From the NCBI GenBank assembly GCA_045533905.1, contig JAZSIR010000020.1, positions 1 through 64,000 on the forward strand: a DNA stretch of 64,000 bases. Direction: 5' to 3'. The position numbers and the translations under genes were made by a program. Each line of letters opens with the position of its first letter. Position 1 is the first letter of the stretch. The DNA is from Clostridia bacterium (GTDB taxonomy: Bacteria > Bacillota > Clostridia > UMGS1883 > UMGS1540). The notes under the pieces are model-generated. The model saw only the letters and a list, made by a program, of their open reading frames with translations. It was not told where the DNA came from and made no database searches. This document shows, in pieces, positions 20,660 through 32,508 of the stretch.

Positions 20660-21801
20660 TTTTCTCCTCCCAGATAGTTTCGAATTTTATCTGCGAACTT
20701 CTGTTTGTTTTTATAATTCTTCATGCCGGTTGCATCCGCAAACTGTTTGAGGAGTTCCTTCTGCGGCGCCGAGAGGTTTTTGGGCACTTCAATCTGGACG
20801 TAAACAAGCTGGTCACCGCGTCCACGCCCGTTTATATGCGGCACGCCTTTTTCACGAAGGCGGAAAACGCTTCCGGTTTGTGTGCCCTCCGGCACTGTGT
20901 ACCGTACGTTTCCATCGAGCGTAGGCACTTCCATCTCCGCGCCAAGTGCCGCTTCCGCAAACGTAATCGGCATATGGCAAATTACATCATCACCGCGTCT
21001 TTGGAAGAGCGGATGCTCTTTTACCTGAATTTCCAATATGATATCACCCGCCGGGCCGCCACGTTTGCCGTGGTCACCTTCGCCGCGAATCGAAATAGCC
21101 TGCCCATCTGCAATGCCTGCGGGAATTTTCACGTTGATTGTACGGTCATGGCGCACCTGCCCGTAGCCTTGGCACTTTGCACAAGGTTCTTTAATAATTT
21201 TACCCGTACCACGGCAGGTATCGCACGTTCTGGCCGTGCTCATAAAGCCCATAGACATACGCACCTGACCGGTGCCGCGGCAAGTGGGACAGGTTTCCGG
21301 CTGTGTGCCCTTCTTTGCGCCGCTTCCACTACATTCTTCGCAGTTTTCCATACGGATGACACGAATGGTTTTTTCTGTGCCGAACGCTGCTTCTTCGAAG
21401 GTAACCGTTATACTTTGTTGAATCGTTCTGCCCTTTTCGGGACGGTTTTGCCGCGCTCTTCCGCCACCAAAGCCACCACCGAAAATACTGCCAAAGATAT
21501 CTTCCATGTCAAACCCGCCACCAAAGCCGCCAAAACCGCCGAAACCGCCGGGGCCTCCCGGGCCGCCTGCCGACGGATCCACGCCTGCATGCCCGAACTG
21601 GTCATACCGGCTTCGTTTTTCAGGGTCGCTCAGAATTTCATAGGCTTCGTTTACTTCTTTAAACTTGCCCTCGGCTTCCGGATTGTCCTTATTAAGGTCA
21701 GGATGAAATTCCTTCGCCTTGCGGCGAAATGCTTTTTTAAGTTCATCCTCGCTTGCGCCTTTTTCTACGCCAAGCACCTCATAATAATCTCTTTTTGCCA
21801 T
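20656..21801 (-). CDS. dnaJ: Chaperone DnaJ
   Basis: J domain HPD, G/F region, four CxxCxGxG. Confidence 0.98.
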   Translation of the reverse strand: MAKRDYYEVLGVEKGASEDELKKAFRRKAKEFHPDLNKDNPEAEGKFKEVNEAYEILSDPEKRSRYDQFGHAGVDPSAGGPGGPGGFGGFGGFGGGFDMEDIFGSIFGGGFGGGRARQNRPEKGRTIQQSITVTFEEAAFGTEKTIRVIRMENCEECSGSGAKKGTQPETCPTCRGTGQVRMSMGFMSTARTCDTCRGTGKIIKEPCAKCQGYGQVRHDRTINVKIPAGIADGQAISIRGEGDHGKRGGPAGDIILEIQVKEHPLFQRRGDDVICHMPITFAEAALGAEMEVPTLDGNVRYTVPEGTQTGSVFRLREKGVPHINGRGRGDQLVYVQIEVPKNLSAPQKELLKQFADATGMKNYKNKQKFADKIRNYLGGEK

Positions 21802-21856
21802 ACTTTATCTCCCACTGCACTTGGGCGGCCGAAAGGGCCGCCCAAAAGTGTATCTC

Positions 21857-23710
<1,854 letters not shown>

Positions 23711-23715
23711 TCAAA

Positions 23716-24219
23716 TTAGTTTGCTACTTTTACCATACTGAAACGAAGGACCTTGCCGCCTATTGTGTATCCCTTCTGGAACTGTTCCACAACGGTTTCG
23801 CCATCTATCGTTTCATCTTCAATATGCATTACCGCATTGTGCACGTTCGGATCGAACTTTTCGCCCACTGCGGGAATTTCCTCGACTTTTAAGGATTTCA
23901 GAATATCCCCGAGCTGTTTGCAGACCTTTTCAAGGCCTTGCCGTAAGGGGCTATCTTCGCTTTCCTCCATAGCTGCCTCCATAAAGCGCTCCATATTATC
24001 CACGAGCGGCAAGAAAGCTGAAACACAATCGGCGCGCCCATCAGAAAATAAAGTTTCCTTTTCTTTTGCAGTACGCTTTCTGAAATTATCAAACTCAGCC
24101 GTAAGACGAAGCAGCTTGTCCTTATATTCTTCTACTTCCTTTGCAAAATCCGGAACTGCCATTTCCTCCGCCGCAGTCTCTGCCGATTCTGCATCTATAT
24201 TTTTTGTTTCTTCACTCAT
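23716..24219 (-). CDS. grpE: Nucleotide exchange factor GrpE
   Basis: RLTAEFDNFRKR, FDPNVHNAV, KGY..LR..MVKV. Confidence 0.96.
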   Translation of the reverse strand: MSEETKNIDAESAETAAEEMAVPDFAKEVEEYKDKLLRLTAEFDNFRKRTAKEKETLFSDGRADCVSAFLPLVDNMERFMEAAMEESEDSPLRQGLEKVCKQLGDILKSLKVEEIPAVGEKFDPNVHNAVMHIEDETIDGETVVEQFQKGYTIGGKVLRFSMVKVAN

Positions 24220-24226
24220 TCCTTTA

Positions 24227-24970
24227 TTATCTCCCCTTCTCTGCGATCAGCTTCTCTATCATTTCGGTAACGGTGGCAAGCGAATCTACCACCTGCGCAT
24301 AATGCATACGGGTAGGCCCAATAATACCGAGTCCGCCGCGTCTTCCCCTTGCATCGTGATAATGCGAAATGACAACACTACACTCTTTCAAATCATCATA
24401 CGTATTCTCATCCCCGATTATAATCCGCAAATGCTCTCCGCCATCCATTTCGGAAATCACGCGATAAATACTCTCACGGCTATCAATAAAGCTGATAAGA
24501 CGCCGCGCTTTTTCCATATTTCTGTATTCCGGATGATTAAAGATATTCACAACGCCGCCCGTGTACACGCGCCGCGGCATATTCTCGAAAGAATCCGAGG
24601 CTATTACGGTGTAATTCGTAAAGCGTGAAATAAATTCAGAAGCCTTTTCAATCACATCATCAGCCTCTGAAAGCTGGGATAAGAACGCCTTTTTAAGTTT
24701 TGCTCCTGTGTTTTCCGGCGTCTTATATGGGAAAAGAGAGTCTACATAAAAGCGATAGCCGCGTCCGGAAGGCATTCTTCCGGCGGAGGTGTGCGGTTTA
24801 TCGAGATATCCCATATCCTCAAGCTCTGCCATCTCATTCCGCACCGTGGCGGATGAGCATCCGGCATTGTATTTATTCACGATGGTTACACTACTTACCG
24901 GCTCGGCCGTTTCGATATACTCACTCACGATTGCATTCAAAATCAGTTTTTTTCTTTCGCTAATCTGCAT
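24227..24970 (-). CDS. hrcA: Heat-inducible repressor HrcA (short variant, 247 aa)
   Basis: SSATVRNEMAELE..GYL..PHTSAGR.PS..GYRFYVD; GIIGPTRM.Y; first gene of the dnaK operon, behind a CIRCE. Confidence 0.93.
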   Translation of the reverse strand: MQISERKKLILNAIVSEYIETAEPVSSVTIVNKYNAGCSSATVRNEMAELEDMGYLDKPHTSAGRMPSGRGYRFYVDSLFPYKTPENTGAKLKKAFLSQLSEADDVIEKASEFISRFTNYTVIASDSFENMPRRVYTGGVVNIFNHPEYRNMEKARRLISFIDSRESIYRVISEMDGGEHLRIIIGDENTYDDLKECSVVISHYHDARGRRGGLGIIGPTRMHYAQVVDSLATVTEMIEKLIAEKGR

Positions 24971-24993
24971 ATCATCACTTCTTATTTGCAAAA

Positions 24994-25020
24994 TTAGCAC
25001 TCACCTCCTTCGAGTGCTAA
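24994..25020. promoter_or_regulatory. CIRCE operator
   Basis: Perfect TTAGCACTC-N9-GAGTGCTAA. Confidence 0.97.
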
Positions 25021-25024
25021 TATT

Positions 25025-25053
25025 AAGATACCACTTTATTCCTGCATTGTCAA
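25025..25053 (-). promoter_or_regulatory. SigA promoter of the hrcA operon
   Basis: TTGACA-17-TATCTT with extended TG, just upstream of the CIRCE. Confidence 0.75.
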
Positions 25054-25164
25054 GAGAAAAACGGAATTTTTTTCAAAAAAGCACAGAGGACATTTTCTGT
25101 CTTTTCAAAGGTTTATATTTTAGGAAATGCACATACTATGATAAAACAAAACCGGAGGTTTACT

Positions 25165-26466
25165 ATGCAAAAATCTATCTGGCAGGATGGTGTATCTCTC
25201 CCCTCTTTCCCCTCTCTTTCCAAAGATATAAAAACGGATGTTTTAATTATCGGTGGCGGTATGACCGGCCTTCTGTGTGCCTACTTTCTCCAAAAAGAAG
25301 GAATAAATTATGTTCTGGCAGAAGGCGGCCGCATCGCCTCGGGCGTCACAAAAAATACAACTGCTAAAATCACTTTCCAACACGGGCTTGTATACCAAAA
25401 GCTTCTAAACACACAGGGGCGTGAAAAGGCAAAAATGTATTTAGAGGCCGGCCGCGAGGCGCTGGCAGAATACCGAGAACTCTGTGCGGATATCCCGTGC
25501 GACTTTGAAGAAAAAGATGCCTTTACCTACTCCCTAAAAAGCCGGAAACAAATCGAAGAGGAAGTAAGTGTCGTCAATTCCTTAGGTTTTCCCGCCTTTT
25601 TTGCCGAAACGCCCACGCTCCCCATTAAAACACGCGGGGCCGTTTGTTTTCCGCAGCAGGCGCAGTTCCACCCCCTCAAATGTATTGCCGGATTTGCAAA
25701 AAATCTCAACATTTATGAACACACTTTTATTACAGATATCGATAAAAACACTGCCCTTTTTGCGTCAGGAAAAATCCGTGCTGAAAAAATTATTGTGGCA
25801 ACCCATTTTCCTTTTATAAATGCACACGGCAGTTATTTTTTAAAGCTCTATCAGCACAGATCCTATGTCACAGCTTTCGAAAATGCGCCGGATGTCCGTG
25901 GTATGTTCGTAGACGAAAGCGACACCGGCCTTTCTTTTCGAAATCAAAATGGGTTTCTCCTTGTCGGCTGTGGTGGTCATAGAACCGGTAAGAAAAGTGC
26001 CGCCTGGAAAGAAGCGGAGAATCTGTTCCCGAAAGCCACTCCAAGGTACCGCTGGGCAACACAGGACTGCATAACCCTTGACAGCGTGCCCTATATCGGT
26101 CAATATTCCAAAAACACGCCGCATCTGTTTGTAGCCACCGGCTTTAACAAATGGGGTATGACAAGCTCTATGGTCGCCGCAAAAATTCTCACCGATTTAG
26201 TAAGGGAAAAACAAAATGCATATACTCCCGTTTTTTCTCCTTCCAGAAGCATAGCAAAGCCGCAGCTTATCATAAACGGTTTGGAATCTGCAGCAAATCT
26301 TCTCACGCCCACAAAGCGGCGCTGTCCCCATCTTGGGTGTGCGCTGAAATGGAATCCGGCAGAACATTCCTGGGATTGCCCCTGCCACGGCTCGCGTTTT
26401 GACAAAAAAGGCGGGCTTATAAATTCACCCGCCATGCGCGACGCAAAAACTGTATCGGAAAAATAA
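25165..26466 (+). CDS. FAD-dependent oxidoreductase with C-terminal Rieske domain (YhfW-like)
   Basis: IGGGMTG, TTAKIT, WATQD, GFNKWGMT, CPHLGC...WDCPCHGSRF. Confidence 0.9.
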   Translation: MQKSIWQDGVSLPSFPSLSKDIKTDVLIIGGGMTGLLCAYFLQKEGINYVLAEGGRIASGVTKNTTAKITFQHGLVYQKLLNTQGREKAKMYLEAGREALAEYRELCADIPCDFEEKDAFTYSLKSRKQIEEEVSVVNSLGFPAFFAETPTLPIKTRGAVCFPQQAQFHPLKCIAGFAKNLNIYEHTFITDIDKNTALFASGKIRAEKIIVATHFPFINAHGSYFLKLYQHRSYVTAFENAPDVRGMFVDESDTGLSFRNQNGFLLVGCGGHRTGKKSAAWKEAENLFPKATPRYRWATQDCITLDSVPYIGQYSKNTPHLFVATGFNKWGMTSSMVAAKILTDLVREKQNAYTPVFSPSRSIAKPQLIINGLESAANLLTPTKRRCPHLGCALKWNPAEHSWDCPCHGSRFDKKGGLINSPAMRDAKTVSEK

Positions 26467-26519
26467 AATCCTTTCATATCACGCGCACTTCAGCATACGC
26501 TTATCCGGGAGGGTTTCGT

Positions 26520-27095
26520 ATGCTGAATTATATCTGGGGCTTTATGCTTCTTGCTTCTGTGGTAACAAGTTTTTTCACAGGCAAATTTAAAGAGGTGGCT
26601 TCTGCCACCATAAGCGGTGCCGGAGAGGGCGCCTCTTTGGTGCTCGGTATGCTCGGGGTTATGTGTTTTTGGTCCGGACTTATGGAGATCGCAGAGAAAA
26701 GCGGCATCATCCGCTTTCTTTCCCGTCTCCTGCACCCCGTGCTGCACTTTCTGTTCCCGCGACTTTCAAAAGAGGATCCCGCTTCCGGCGCGATTGTAAT
26801 GAATATGGCGGCCAATCTTCTCGGCATGGGCAACGCCGCAACGCCGCTGGGTCTCCGCGCCATGCGCCTTCTGGATGCAAAAAACCGTCGGAAACCCCGC
26901 GCCTCTGACGAAATGTGCATGTTTGTGCTGATTAACACCGCATCCCTGCAGCTTGTCCCCACAACACTTCTTCTCCTGCGGCAACAAAGCGGCTCTCAAA
27001 ATCCCGGAGAAATCATTTTCCCCATATGGCTTGTTTCGCTTCTTGCCCTCCTTGTGGGAGTGATTAGCTGTAAAGCACTTGAAAAGAGAGGCTAG
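26520..27095 (+). CDS. spmA: Spore maturation protein A
   Basis: MLNYIW, NLLGMGNAATPLG, INTASLQLVPT. Confidence 0.93.
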   Translation: MLNYIWGFMLLASVVTSFFTGKFKEVASATISGAGEGASLVLGMLGVMCFWSGLMEIAEKSGIIRFLSRLLHPVLHFLFPRLSKEDPASGAIVMNMAANLLGMGNAATPLGLRAMRLLDAKNRRKPRASDEMCMFVLINTASLQLVPTTLLLLRQQSGSQNPGEIIFPIWLVSLLALLVGVISCKALEKRG

Positions 27096-27098
27096 TAT

Positions 27099-27617
27099 AT
27101 GCAATTTTCCGAATTCGTTCTTCCCCTAACCATTTCTTTGATTCTTCTTTCTGGCTTTATCAAAAAGGTGCCTCTGTTTGATACATTTTTGAAGGGGGCA
27201 CGCGGAGGACTCGAAACTTCTGTTTCTGTTTTGCCCTCCATTATTGGTCTCGTCACAGCGATAAGTATGCTTCGTGCAAGCGGGTTCATAGATTTTGTGG
27301 TCGCCTCACTTTCCCCCGTCATAAGCCGCATAGGTTTTCCAACGGAAGTCCTTCCGCTTGCACTTCTGAAACCCGTTTCCGGCGGTGCTTCTCTTGTGGT
27401 GTTACAGGATATTTTCAATACATACGGGCCGGACAGTGTTGCCGGACGCGTAGCTTCTGTCATCTCCGGTTCTACGGAAACCACCTTTTATACACTGGCC
27501 GTCTATTTTGCCGCAACGAACGCCCGCAACACCCGTCACACACTCAAAAGTGCCCTTCTTGCAGACCTCACCGGTATACTTCTGGGCGCCTGGTTTGTGT
27601 ATATTCTCTTATGTTAA
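27099..27617 (+). CDS. spmB: Spore maturation protein B
   Basis: LKPVSGG, GPDS, GSTETTFYTLAVYF, RHTL. Confidence 0.93.
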   Translation: MQFSEFVLPLTISLILLSGFIKKVPLFDTFLKGARGGLETSVSVLPSIIGLVTAISMLRASGFIDFVVASLSPVISRIGFPTEVLPLALLKPVSGGASLVVLQDIFNTYGPDSVAGRVASVISGSTETTFYTLAVYFAATNARNTRHTLKSALLADLTGILLGAWFVYILLC

Positions 27618-28573
27618 CCGACGAGTGCTTCTATTTCTTCTTCCGAAATTTCCGTGTGTAGCGCCTTATTAATACCCACAGAAATGATGTGTGCCACCTT
27701 TTCGGAAAGCGCATCAATATCTTTTGGCGTCACCATCATATCCCGAATTTCTTTAGGCAGCGATTTCGCGATCAGTGTATGCTTTTCTTCGTGGCTGAGC
27801 CCTTCCATCTCCCTGCAAAGTCCTTCTTCCTCATTTTGTAAAAGGGAGGTCATTACAAGTGCAATGGTATCGTTAGCAATTGTTGCCGCATCCACTACCA
27901 TAGGAACACCTACCGCAATCACGGGCACACCGACTGTTTCTTGATTGATTGCCTTGCGCTTATTCCCCACACCGCTTCCGGGCGAAATACCGGTGTCCGC
28001 AATTTGAACAGTTGTGCCCACGCGTTCCGTTTTTCGCGAAGCTAGTGCATCCACAACAATAATGAGATCAGGCCGGACGCGTTCTGCAACGCCTTTTATA
28101 ATTTCTCCCGTTTCAATGCCTGTGATGCCAAGTACTCCCGGCGCCAGCGCGCAAACAGGCGAAAGTCCTTCTGCGCTCTCCGGCATGTGGGCAAACAGAT
28201 GCCGGGTTACCACTAATTTGGGCACCACTTTAGGCCCGAGAGAATCCGGCGTGATTTCTCCGTTACCGAGGCCTGCCACAAGCGTCAGTCCTCGTGTTTT
28301 TATAAGTTTCGAAAGTTCTTCCGCAAGATACCGGCTCGCCTTTTGCAGCGTCGCAGGATCGCTCTCTAAAAGCGAAGGGATTTCTATCGTTACATATCTT
28401 CCCCGGGGCTTTCCGATCACCCTTTCCCCCTCTTCATCCAGAACATCCACGCGCGTAATGCGGACATCCCCTTCGCCCCCTTTCGTGCATTCTACACCCC
28501 GGATATTTTTTTCTTCGGCCGTTTCCCAATATATTTCTGCGCCCTCCAGCGCAAGATCTGTGCGAATTTCCAT
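27614..28573 (-). CDS. gpr: Germination protease GPR
   Basis: IRTDLALE, GLGN..ITPDSLGP, PGVLGITGIET, DALASR, VTPKDID. Confidence 0.96.
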   Translation of the reverse strand: MEIRTDLALEGAEIYWETAEEKNIRGVECTKGGEGDVRITRVDVLDEEGERVIGKPRGRYVTIEIPSLLESDPATLQKASRYLAEELSKLIKTRGLTLVAGLGNGEITPDSLGPKVVPKLVVTRHLFAHMPESAEGLSPVCALAPGVLGITGIETGEIIKGVAERVRPDLIIVVDALASRKTERVGTTVQIADTGISPGSGVGNKRKAINQETVGVPVIAVGVPMVVDAATIANDTIALVMTSLLQNEEEGLCREMEGLSHEEKHTLIAKSLPKEIRDMMVTPKDIDALSEKVAHIISVGINKALHTEISEEEIEALVG

Positions 28574-28592
28574 AAAAGCACCTCCTTTCTGC

Positions 28593-28657
28593 TATTGTTT
28601 TCCGACTGCGACAAAATATACATTTTTGAATATTTTTGCCTTTTAGCGGAGAAAATA
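28593..28657. promoter_or_regulatory. Back-to-back forespore (SigF/SigG-type) promoters for gpr and the M23 gene
   Basis: Minus: GTATA-N18-ACAATA. Plus: GAATA-15-GGAGAAAATA, close to the SigF consensus. Confidence 0.55.
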
Positions 28658-28681
28658 CCAACACAGAAAGGAGTGAACAGT

Positions 28682-29347
28682 TTGAAAAACATAAAAAAGA
28701 GCACCTGGATTGCGATAGGATGTGTGGCTCTCGCAATTCTCGCATCACAGATGTACCGTGCCGCCCAAAGTGAGGTCCACGAAAAAGAAGAGGTGGCGGC
28801 CCTTTCTGCGATGCATCCCGGTACAACTCCCTCGCCAATCTCTGCGCCTTCTGCGAAGCCGAATAAGGAAACCGTAACCGCCGGTGTGACGGAGACTTAT
28901 GCAGTTTCTGCCGCATCCCCTGCACCGCAAGCCGATGAGAAACAAAAAGAAAAAACATTCCGGCTTCCAGCAACCGGCCCGATGCACCGTCCTTTTTCTG
29001 ATACAGAACTCGTAAAATTCGAACCGCTCGGCATATGGCGCTGTCACCTCGGGATAGATTTTCTACCCGCAGAAAACGATATTGTTTTTGCCGTCTCAGA
29101 CGGAAAAGTGGAAAGTATATATGAGGATCCTCTCTTCGGCAAAACCTTGGTTATCGATCACGGAAACGCCGTTAAAAGCTTGTACAGTTCTTTGTCGGAT
29201 GCAGACGTAAAAATCGGAGACTCGGTTTCTGCGGGCGATGCAATCGGGCATATGGGCGATTGCGCCCCGGCGGAAGACGGCGTACATCTTCACTTTGCGA
29301 TGGAAAAGGACGGAAACCCGGTTGACCCTATGGGCGAAGCATTATAA
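28682..29347 (+). CDS. M23/LytM peptidase, SpoIIQ-like
   Basis: N-terminal TM, low-complexity linker, WRCHLGID (HxxxD), HLHF; TTG start after AAAGGAG. Confidence 0.8.
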   Translation: MKNIKKSTWIAIGCVALAILASQMYRAAQSEVHEKEEVAALSAMHPGTTPSPISAPSAKPNKETVTAGVTETYAVSAASPAPQADEKQKEKTFRLPATGPMHRPFSDTELVKFEPLGIWRCHLGIDFLPAENDIVFAVSDGKVESIYEDPLFGKTLVIDHGNAVKSLYSSLSDADVKIGDSVSAGDAIGHMGDCAPAEDGVHLHFAMEKDGNPVDPMGEAL

Positions 29348-29471
29348 ACCAAAACAGGGAACGGCTTGTATGCCGTTCCCTTTCAATTTTTTGCCATTTT
29401 CAAAGAAAACCCTTGCTTTTTTGCAAAAAATATCGTATAATACTTTTAAAGATACAGAAGGTGGTGTTATT

Positions 29472-29729
29472 ATGGGTTTTGACGAAAACACAATGAAATT
29501 CAACATCGAGACGGATCCTGCGCGGAAGGTACGGGATATTCTGACAACCGTGCACGGTGCGCTTTTGGAAAAAGGCTATAACCCCGTAAGCCAGATGGTA
29601 GGCTACCTCATTTCCGGCGATCCCACCTATATTACGAGCCACAAGAACGCCCGCAGCCTCATAAACCACGTGGAACGGGATGAGATTATTGAGGTTTTAA
29701 TCCGTGACTATCTGAACCTCAAAGCATAA
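29472..29729 (+). CDS. IreB/ReoM (UPF0297) regulatory phosphoprotein
   Basis: ENTMKF, L.EKGYNPV.Q.VGYLISGDPTYITSH..AR..I...ERDEI. Confidence 0.93.
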   Translation: MGFDENTMKFNIETDPARKVRDILTTVHGALLEKGYNPVSQMVGYLISGDPTYITSHKNARSLINHVERDEIIEVLIRDYLNLKA

Positions 29730-30346
29730 TCTGCACACACTTCCCGAATCGGGCACTCCCCGCATTTCGGTGACGCGGCACGGCAGGTGCTTCTTCCAAA
29801 AAGAACAAGCTGGTGACAGAACTTTGTCTGATAATCATCCGGCACAATTTTGAGTAAATCAAACTCCACCTTGGTGGGGTTTTGATTTTTTGTAAGGCCA
29901 ATTCTTCTCGCGATGCGTCCCGCATGTGTATCCACCACAATGCCCGGCTTTCCGAAGATATCACCAAGCACTAAATTCGCCGTTTTTCTGCCCACACCCG
30001 GAAGGCGCAGAAGTTCTTCCATAGTATCCGGAACTTTTCCACCAAATTCACGGCAAAGCATCTCACCGCACGCTTTCAGATTCCGTGCCTTATTGTGATA
30101 AAATCCTGTGGAACGAATAAGCTCCTCCAGCTCCCTGATATCAGCCATTGCAAATGCCATAGGATCCGGGAACCGTGCAAAGAGCGCCGGCGTTACCAAA
30201 TTCACGCGTGCATCCGTGCACTGCGCTGCAAGCTGTGTGGCCACAAGAAGATGGAATGCATCTTTATAATCGAGCGTGCAGTCCGCGTCCGGAAAGAGCG
30301 TTTCAAACTGCGCGCGTATGTAGTTTACTTTTTCTTTTTTGTCCAC
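29708..30346 (-). CDS. nth: Endonuclease III
   Basis: AQCTDARVN, LPGVGRKTAN, VDTH, CxxxxxxCxxCxxxxxC. Confidence 0.96.
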   Translation of the reverse strand: MDKKEKVNYIRAQFETLFPDADCTLDYKDAFHLLVATQLAAQCTDARVNLVTPALFARFPDPMAFAMADIRELEELIRSTGFYHNKARNLKACGEMLCREFGGKVPDTMEELLRLPGVGRKTANLVLGDIFGKPGIVVDTHAGRIARRIGLTKNQNPTKVEFDLLKIVPDDYQTKFCHQLVLFGRSTCRAASPKCGECPIREVCADYALRFR

Positions 30347-30447
30347 TTTCTCTCCCCCTTTTCTTCTTTTATTTTATCATAAAGTACTTGCAAAAGTAAA
30401 GTTTTTCGTGTATAATAATTACATATGTTTTTTTGGAGGTTTTTGAT

Positions 30448-31692
30448 ATGTACAGTACAAATGAAATTCGCCAGATCGATCCGCAGGTTGCAGATGCGAT
30501 TGAAGCGGAAGTAAACCGTCAGCGCAACAAAATCGAGCTGATCGCTTCTGAAAACTTTGTAAGCAATGCCGTTATTGAAGCGATGGGAACTCCGCTTACC
30601 AACAAATATGCAGAAGGCTATCCCGGCAAGCGCTACTACGGCGGCTGCGAATGCGTAGATATTGTAGAAAATCTTGCTCGCGAGCGCGCTTGTGCTCTCT
30701 TCGGTGCTGACCATGCAAATGTACAGCCCCACTCCGGTGCACAGGCAAACCTTGCCGTTTTTTTTGCATTTCTGAATCCGGGCGACACGGTTCTCAGCAT
30801 GAACCTCGCACACGGCGGCCACCTGAGCCACGGCAGCCCCGTTAACATCTCCGGCAAGTACTACAACATCGTTCCTTACGGTGTTACGGAAGATACCAAT
30901 ACAATCGACTATGATGAAATTCGCCGTCTTGCAATTGAAAACAAGCCGAAGCTCATCTTAGCAGGTGCCAGTGCTTACCCGAGAACAATTGACTTTGCGC
31001 GTTTTGCAGAAATCGCCAAGGAAGTCGGCGCATACTTCATGGTAGATATGGCACACATTGCAGGTCTTGTAGCGGCAGGCCTTCATCCGAATCCCGTACC
31101 GCACGCTGACTTTGTAACCACAACAACACACAAAACGCTTCGCGGCCCGCGCGGCGGTATGATTCTTTGCAAAGAAGAATATGCAAAGCAGATTGATAAA
31201 GCCGTATTCCCCGGCATCCAAGGCGGCCCCTTAATGCACGTGATTGCCGCAAAGGCCGTTTGCCTGAAGGAAGCACTTTCCGATGAATTCAAGGCATATC
31301 AGACACAGATTGTAAAGAATGCTTCAGCCATGGCTGAAGCTTTCAAAGCAAACGGTATTCCGCTCGTTTCCGACGGCACAGACAACCATCTTATGCTTCT
31401 GAATCTTACCGATATGGGGCTTACCGGAAAGGAAGCGGAACACCGCCTCGATGAAGTTGGTATTACTGCCAACAAAAACGCCATCCCCTTTGATACACAG
31501 AGCCCGTTTATTACCAGCGGCGTTCGTATCGGTACCCCGGCTGTTACAAGCCGCGGTATGAAGGAAGACGATATGCGCGAAATTGCAGAGCTCGTTGCCT
31601 TAACGCTCAAGAACTATGAAGAAAAGGCCGACGAAATCCGTGCCCGCGTTGCTGCACTTTGCGAAAAGTACCCGCTCTACCCCGTAAAATAA
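30448..31692 (+). CDS. glyA: Serine hydroxymethyltransferase
   Basis: [34 protein letters not shown]. Confidence 0.98.
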   Translation: MYSTNEIRQIDPQVADAIEAEVNRQRNKIELIASENFVSNAVIEAMGTPLTNKYAEGYPGKRYYGGCECVDIVENLARERACALFGADHANVQPHSGAQANLAVFFAFLNPGDTVLSMNLAHGGHLSHGSPVNISGKYYNIVPYGVTEDTNTIDYDEIRRLAIENKPKLILAGASAYPRTIDFARFAEIAKEVGAYFMVDMAHIAGLVAAGLHPNPVPHADFVTTTTHKTLRGPRGGMILCKEEYAKQIDKAVFPGIQGGPLMHVIAAKAVCLKEALSDEFKAYQTQIVKNASAMAEAFKANGIPLVSDGTDNHLMLLNLTDMGLTGKEAEHRLDEVGITANKNAIPFDTQSPFITSGVRIGTPAVTSRGMKEDDMREIAELVALTLKNYEEKADEIRARVAALCEKYPLYPVK

Positions 31693-31703
31693 GAACAGAA
31701 TAC

Positions 31704-31737
31704 AAAAGCCGTAAAAGCAATGCTTTTACGGCTTTTT
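31704..31737. terminator. Bidirectional terminator between glyA and luxS
   Basis: aaaagccgtaaaagca-a-tgcttttacggctttt. Confidence 0.85.
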
Positions 31738-31738
31738 A

Positions 31739-32182
31739 TTATTCCGGATAGAAAAGTGCCGGCGGTGTTTCCAAAACTGCACGGTACTTTTTTGCCATTT
31801 CCCGCGCGCCTGCAAGATTATGATATCGGTAATTTCCGCACTCAATCTCAGAGGCGCCGAAAATCTCCCCTTCATACTCTGCGATGTTGTCAAGCACCAT
31901 TTTTATTTTCTGCCAGACCTTCTCGTGATCTGCGTTACGAACCAGAAGGTAGAAGCCTGTAAGGCATCCCATAGGCCCGAAATACAAAACATCCAGCTTT
32001 GTGTTCCGGATATATGTAGCAAACAGATGTTCCATTGTATGGATGGATGCGCCGTCAAGCATCTCTGTATTCGGTTTCACAAAGCGAAGGTCATAGGTTG
32101 TAACATCTCCGTCTATGCGGGAAATGTATACTCCCGGCGTGATTTTTGTGTGATCTACTGTAAAGCTTTTAATTTTTTCCAT
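31739..32182 (-). CDS. luxS: S-ribosylhomocysteine lyase
   Basis: SFTVDH, HTMEH, GPMGCLTGFY, CGNY. Confidence 0.95.
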   Translation of the reverse strand: MEKIKSFTVDHTKITPGVYISRIDGDVTTYDLRFVKPNTEMLDGASIHTMEHLFATYIRNTKLDVLYFGPMGCLTGFYLLVRNADHEKVWQKIKMVLDNIAEYEGEIFGASEIECGNYRYHNLAGAREMAKKYRAVLETPPALFYPE

Positions 32183-32221
32183 CGTTCCTCCATATGTATC
32201 CGGCGGATTTTCCGCCGAACT

Positions 32222-32380
32222 TCAATTTTTTTCTTCATCTACCGTTTCGCCGTCCCAAACAGAATCGGCATCATACCGATCGGGTCTGTGCAAAACATCG
32301 GGGTCATTTCTTTCGCCCAGAAGGTCCGGACGATACTCGGGTACACTCTTGTTTTTCCTTCCGCCATTTGCATTGTTCAT
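32222..32380 (-). CDS. Small hypothetical protein (52 aa) upstream of luxS
   Basis: GGAGGTG RBS + ATG; MNNANGGRKNKSVPEYRPDLLGERNDPDVLHRPDRYDADSVWDGETVDEEKN; TTGTAT-17-TACACT promoter upstream. Confidence 0.55.
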   Translation of the reverse strand: MNNANGGRKNKSVPEYRPDLLGERNDPDVLHRPDRYDADSVWDGETVDEEKN

Positions 32381-32479
32381 ATGCGCACCTCCGTATTTAG
32401 TTTTGACTCTCTATCTATAGTGTACCACATTTTACAGATATATACAAGTAAACATACAATTTTTCTGTTTGTCCCTTTG

Positions 32480-32508
32480 GAATACCCGTTTTTTCTCCTG
32501 CATACTAT
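32480..32508 (+). promoter_or_regulatory. Putative SigE promoter of the M14 peptidase gene
   Basis: gaATA-16-CATACTAT. Confidence 0.55.

Noticed and set aside
29708-29729. Convergent overlap of the ireB and nth 3' ends
   Set aside because: Short convergent overlaps are common in compact genomes, and there is no further signal.
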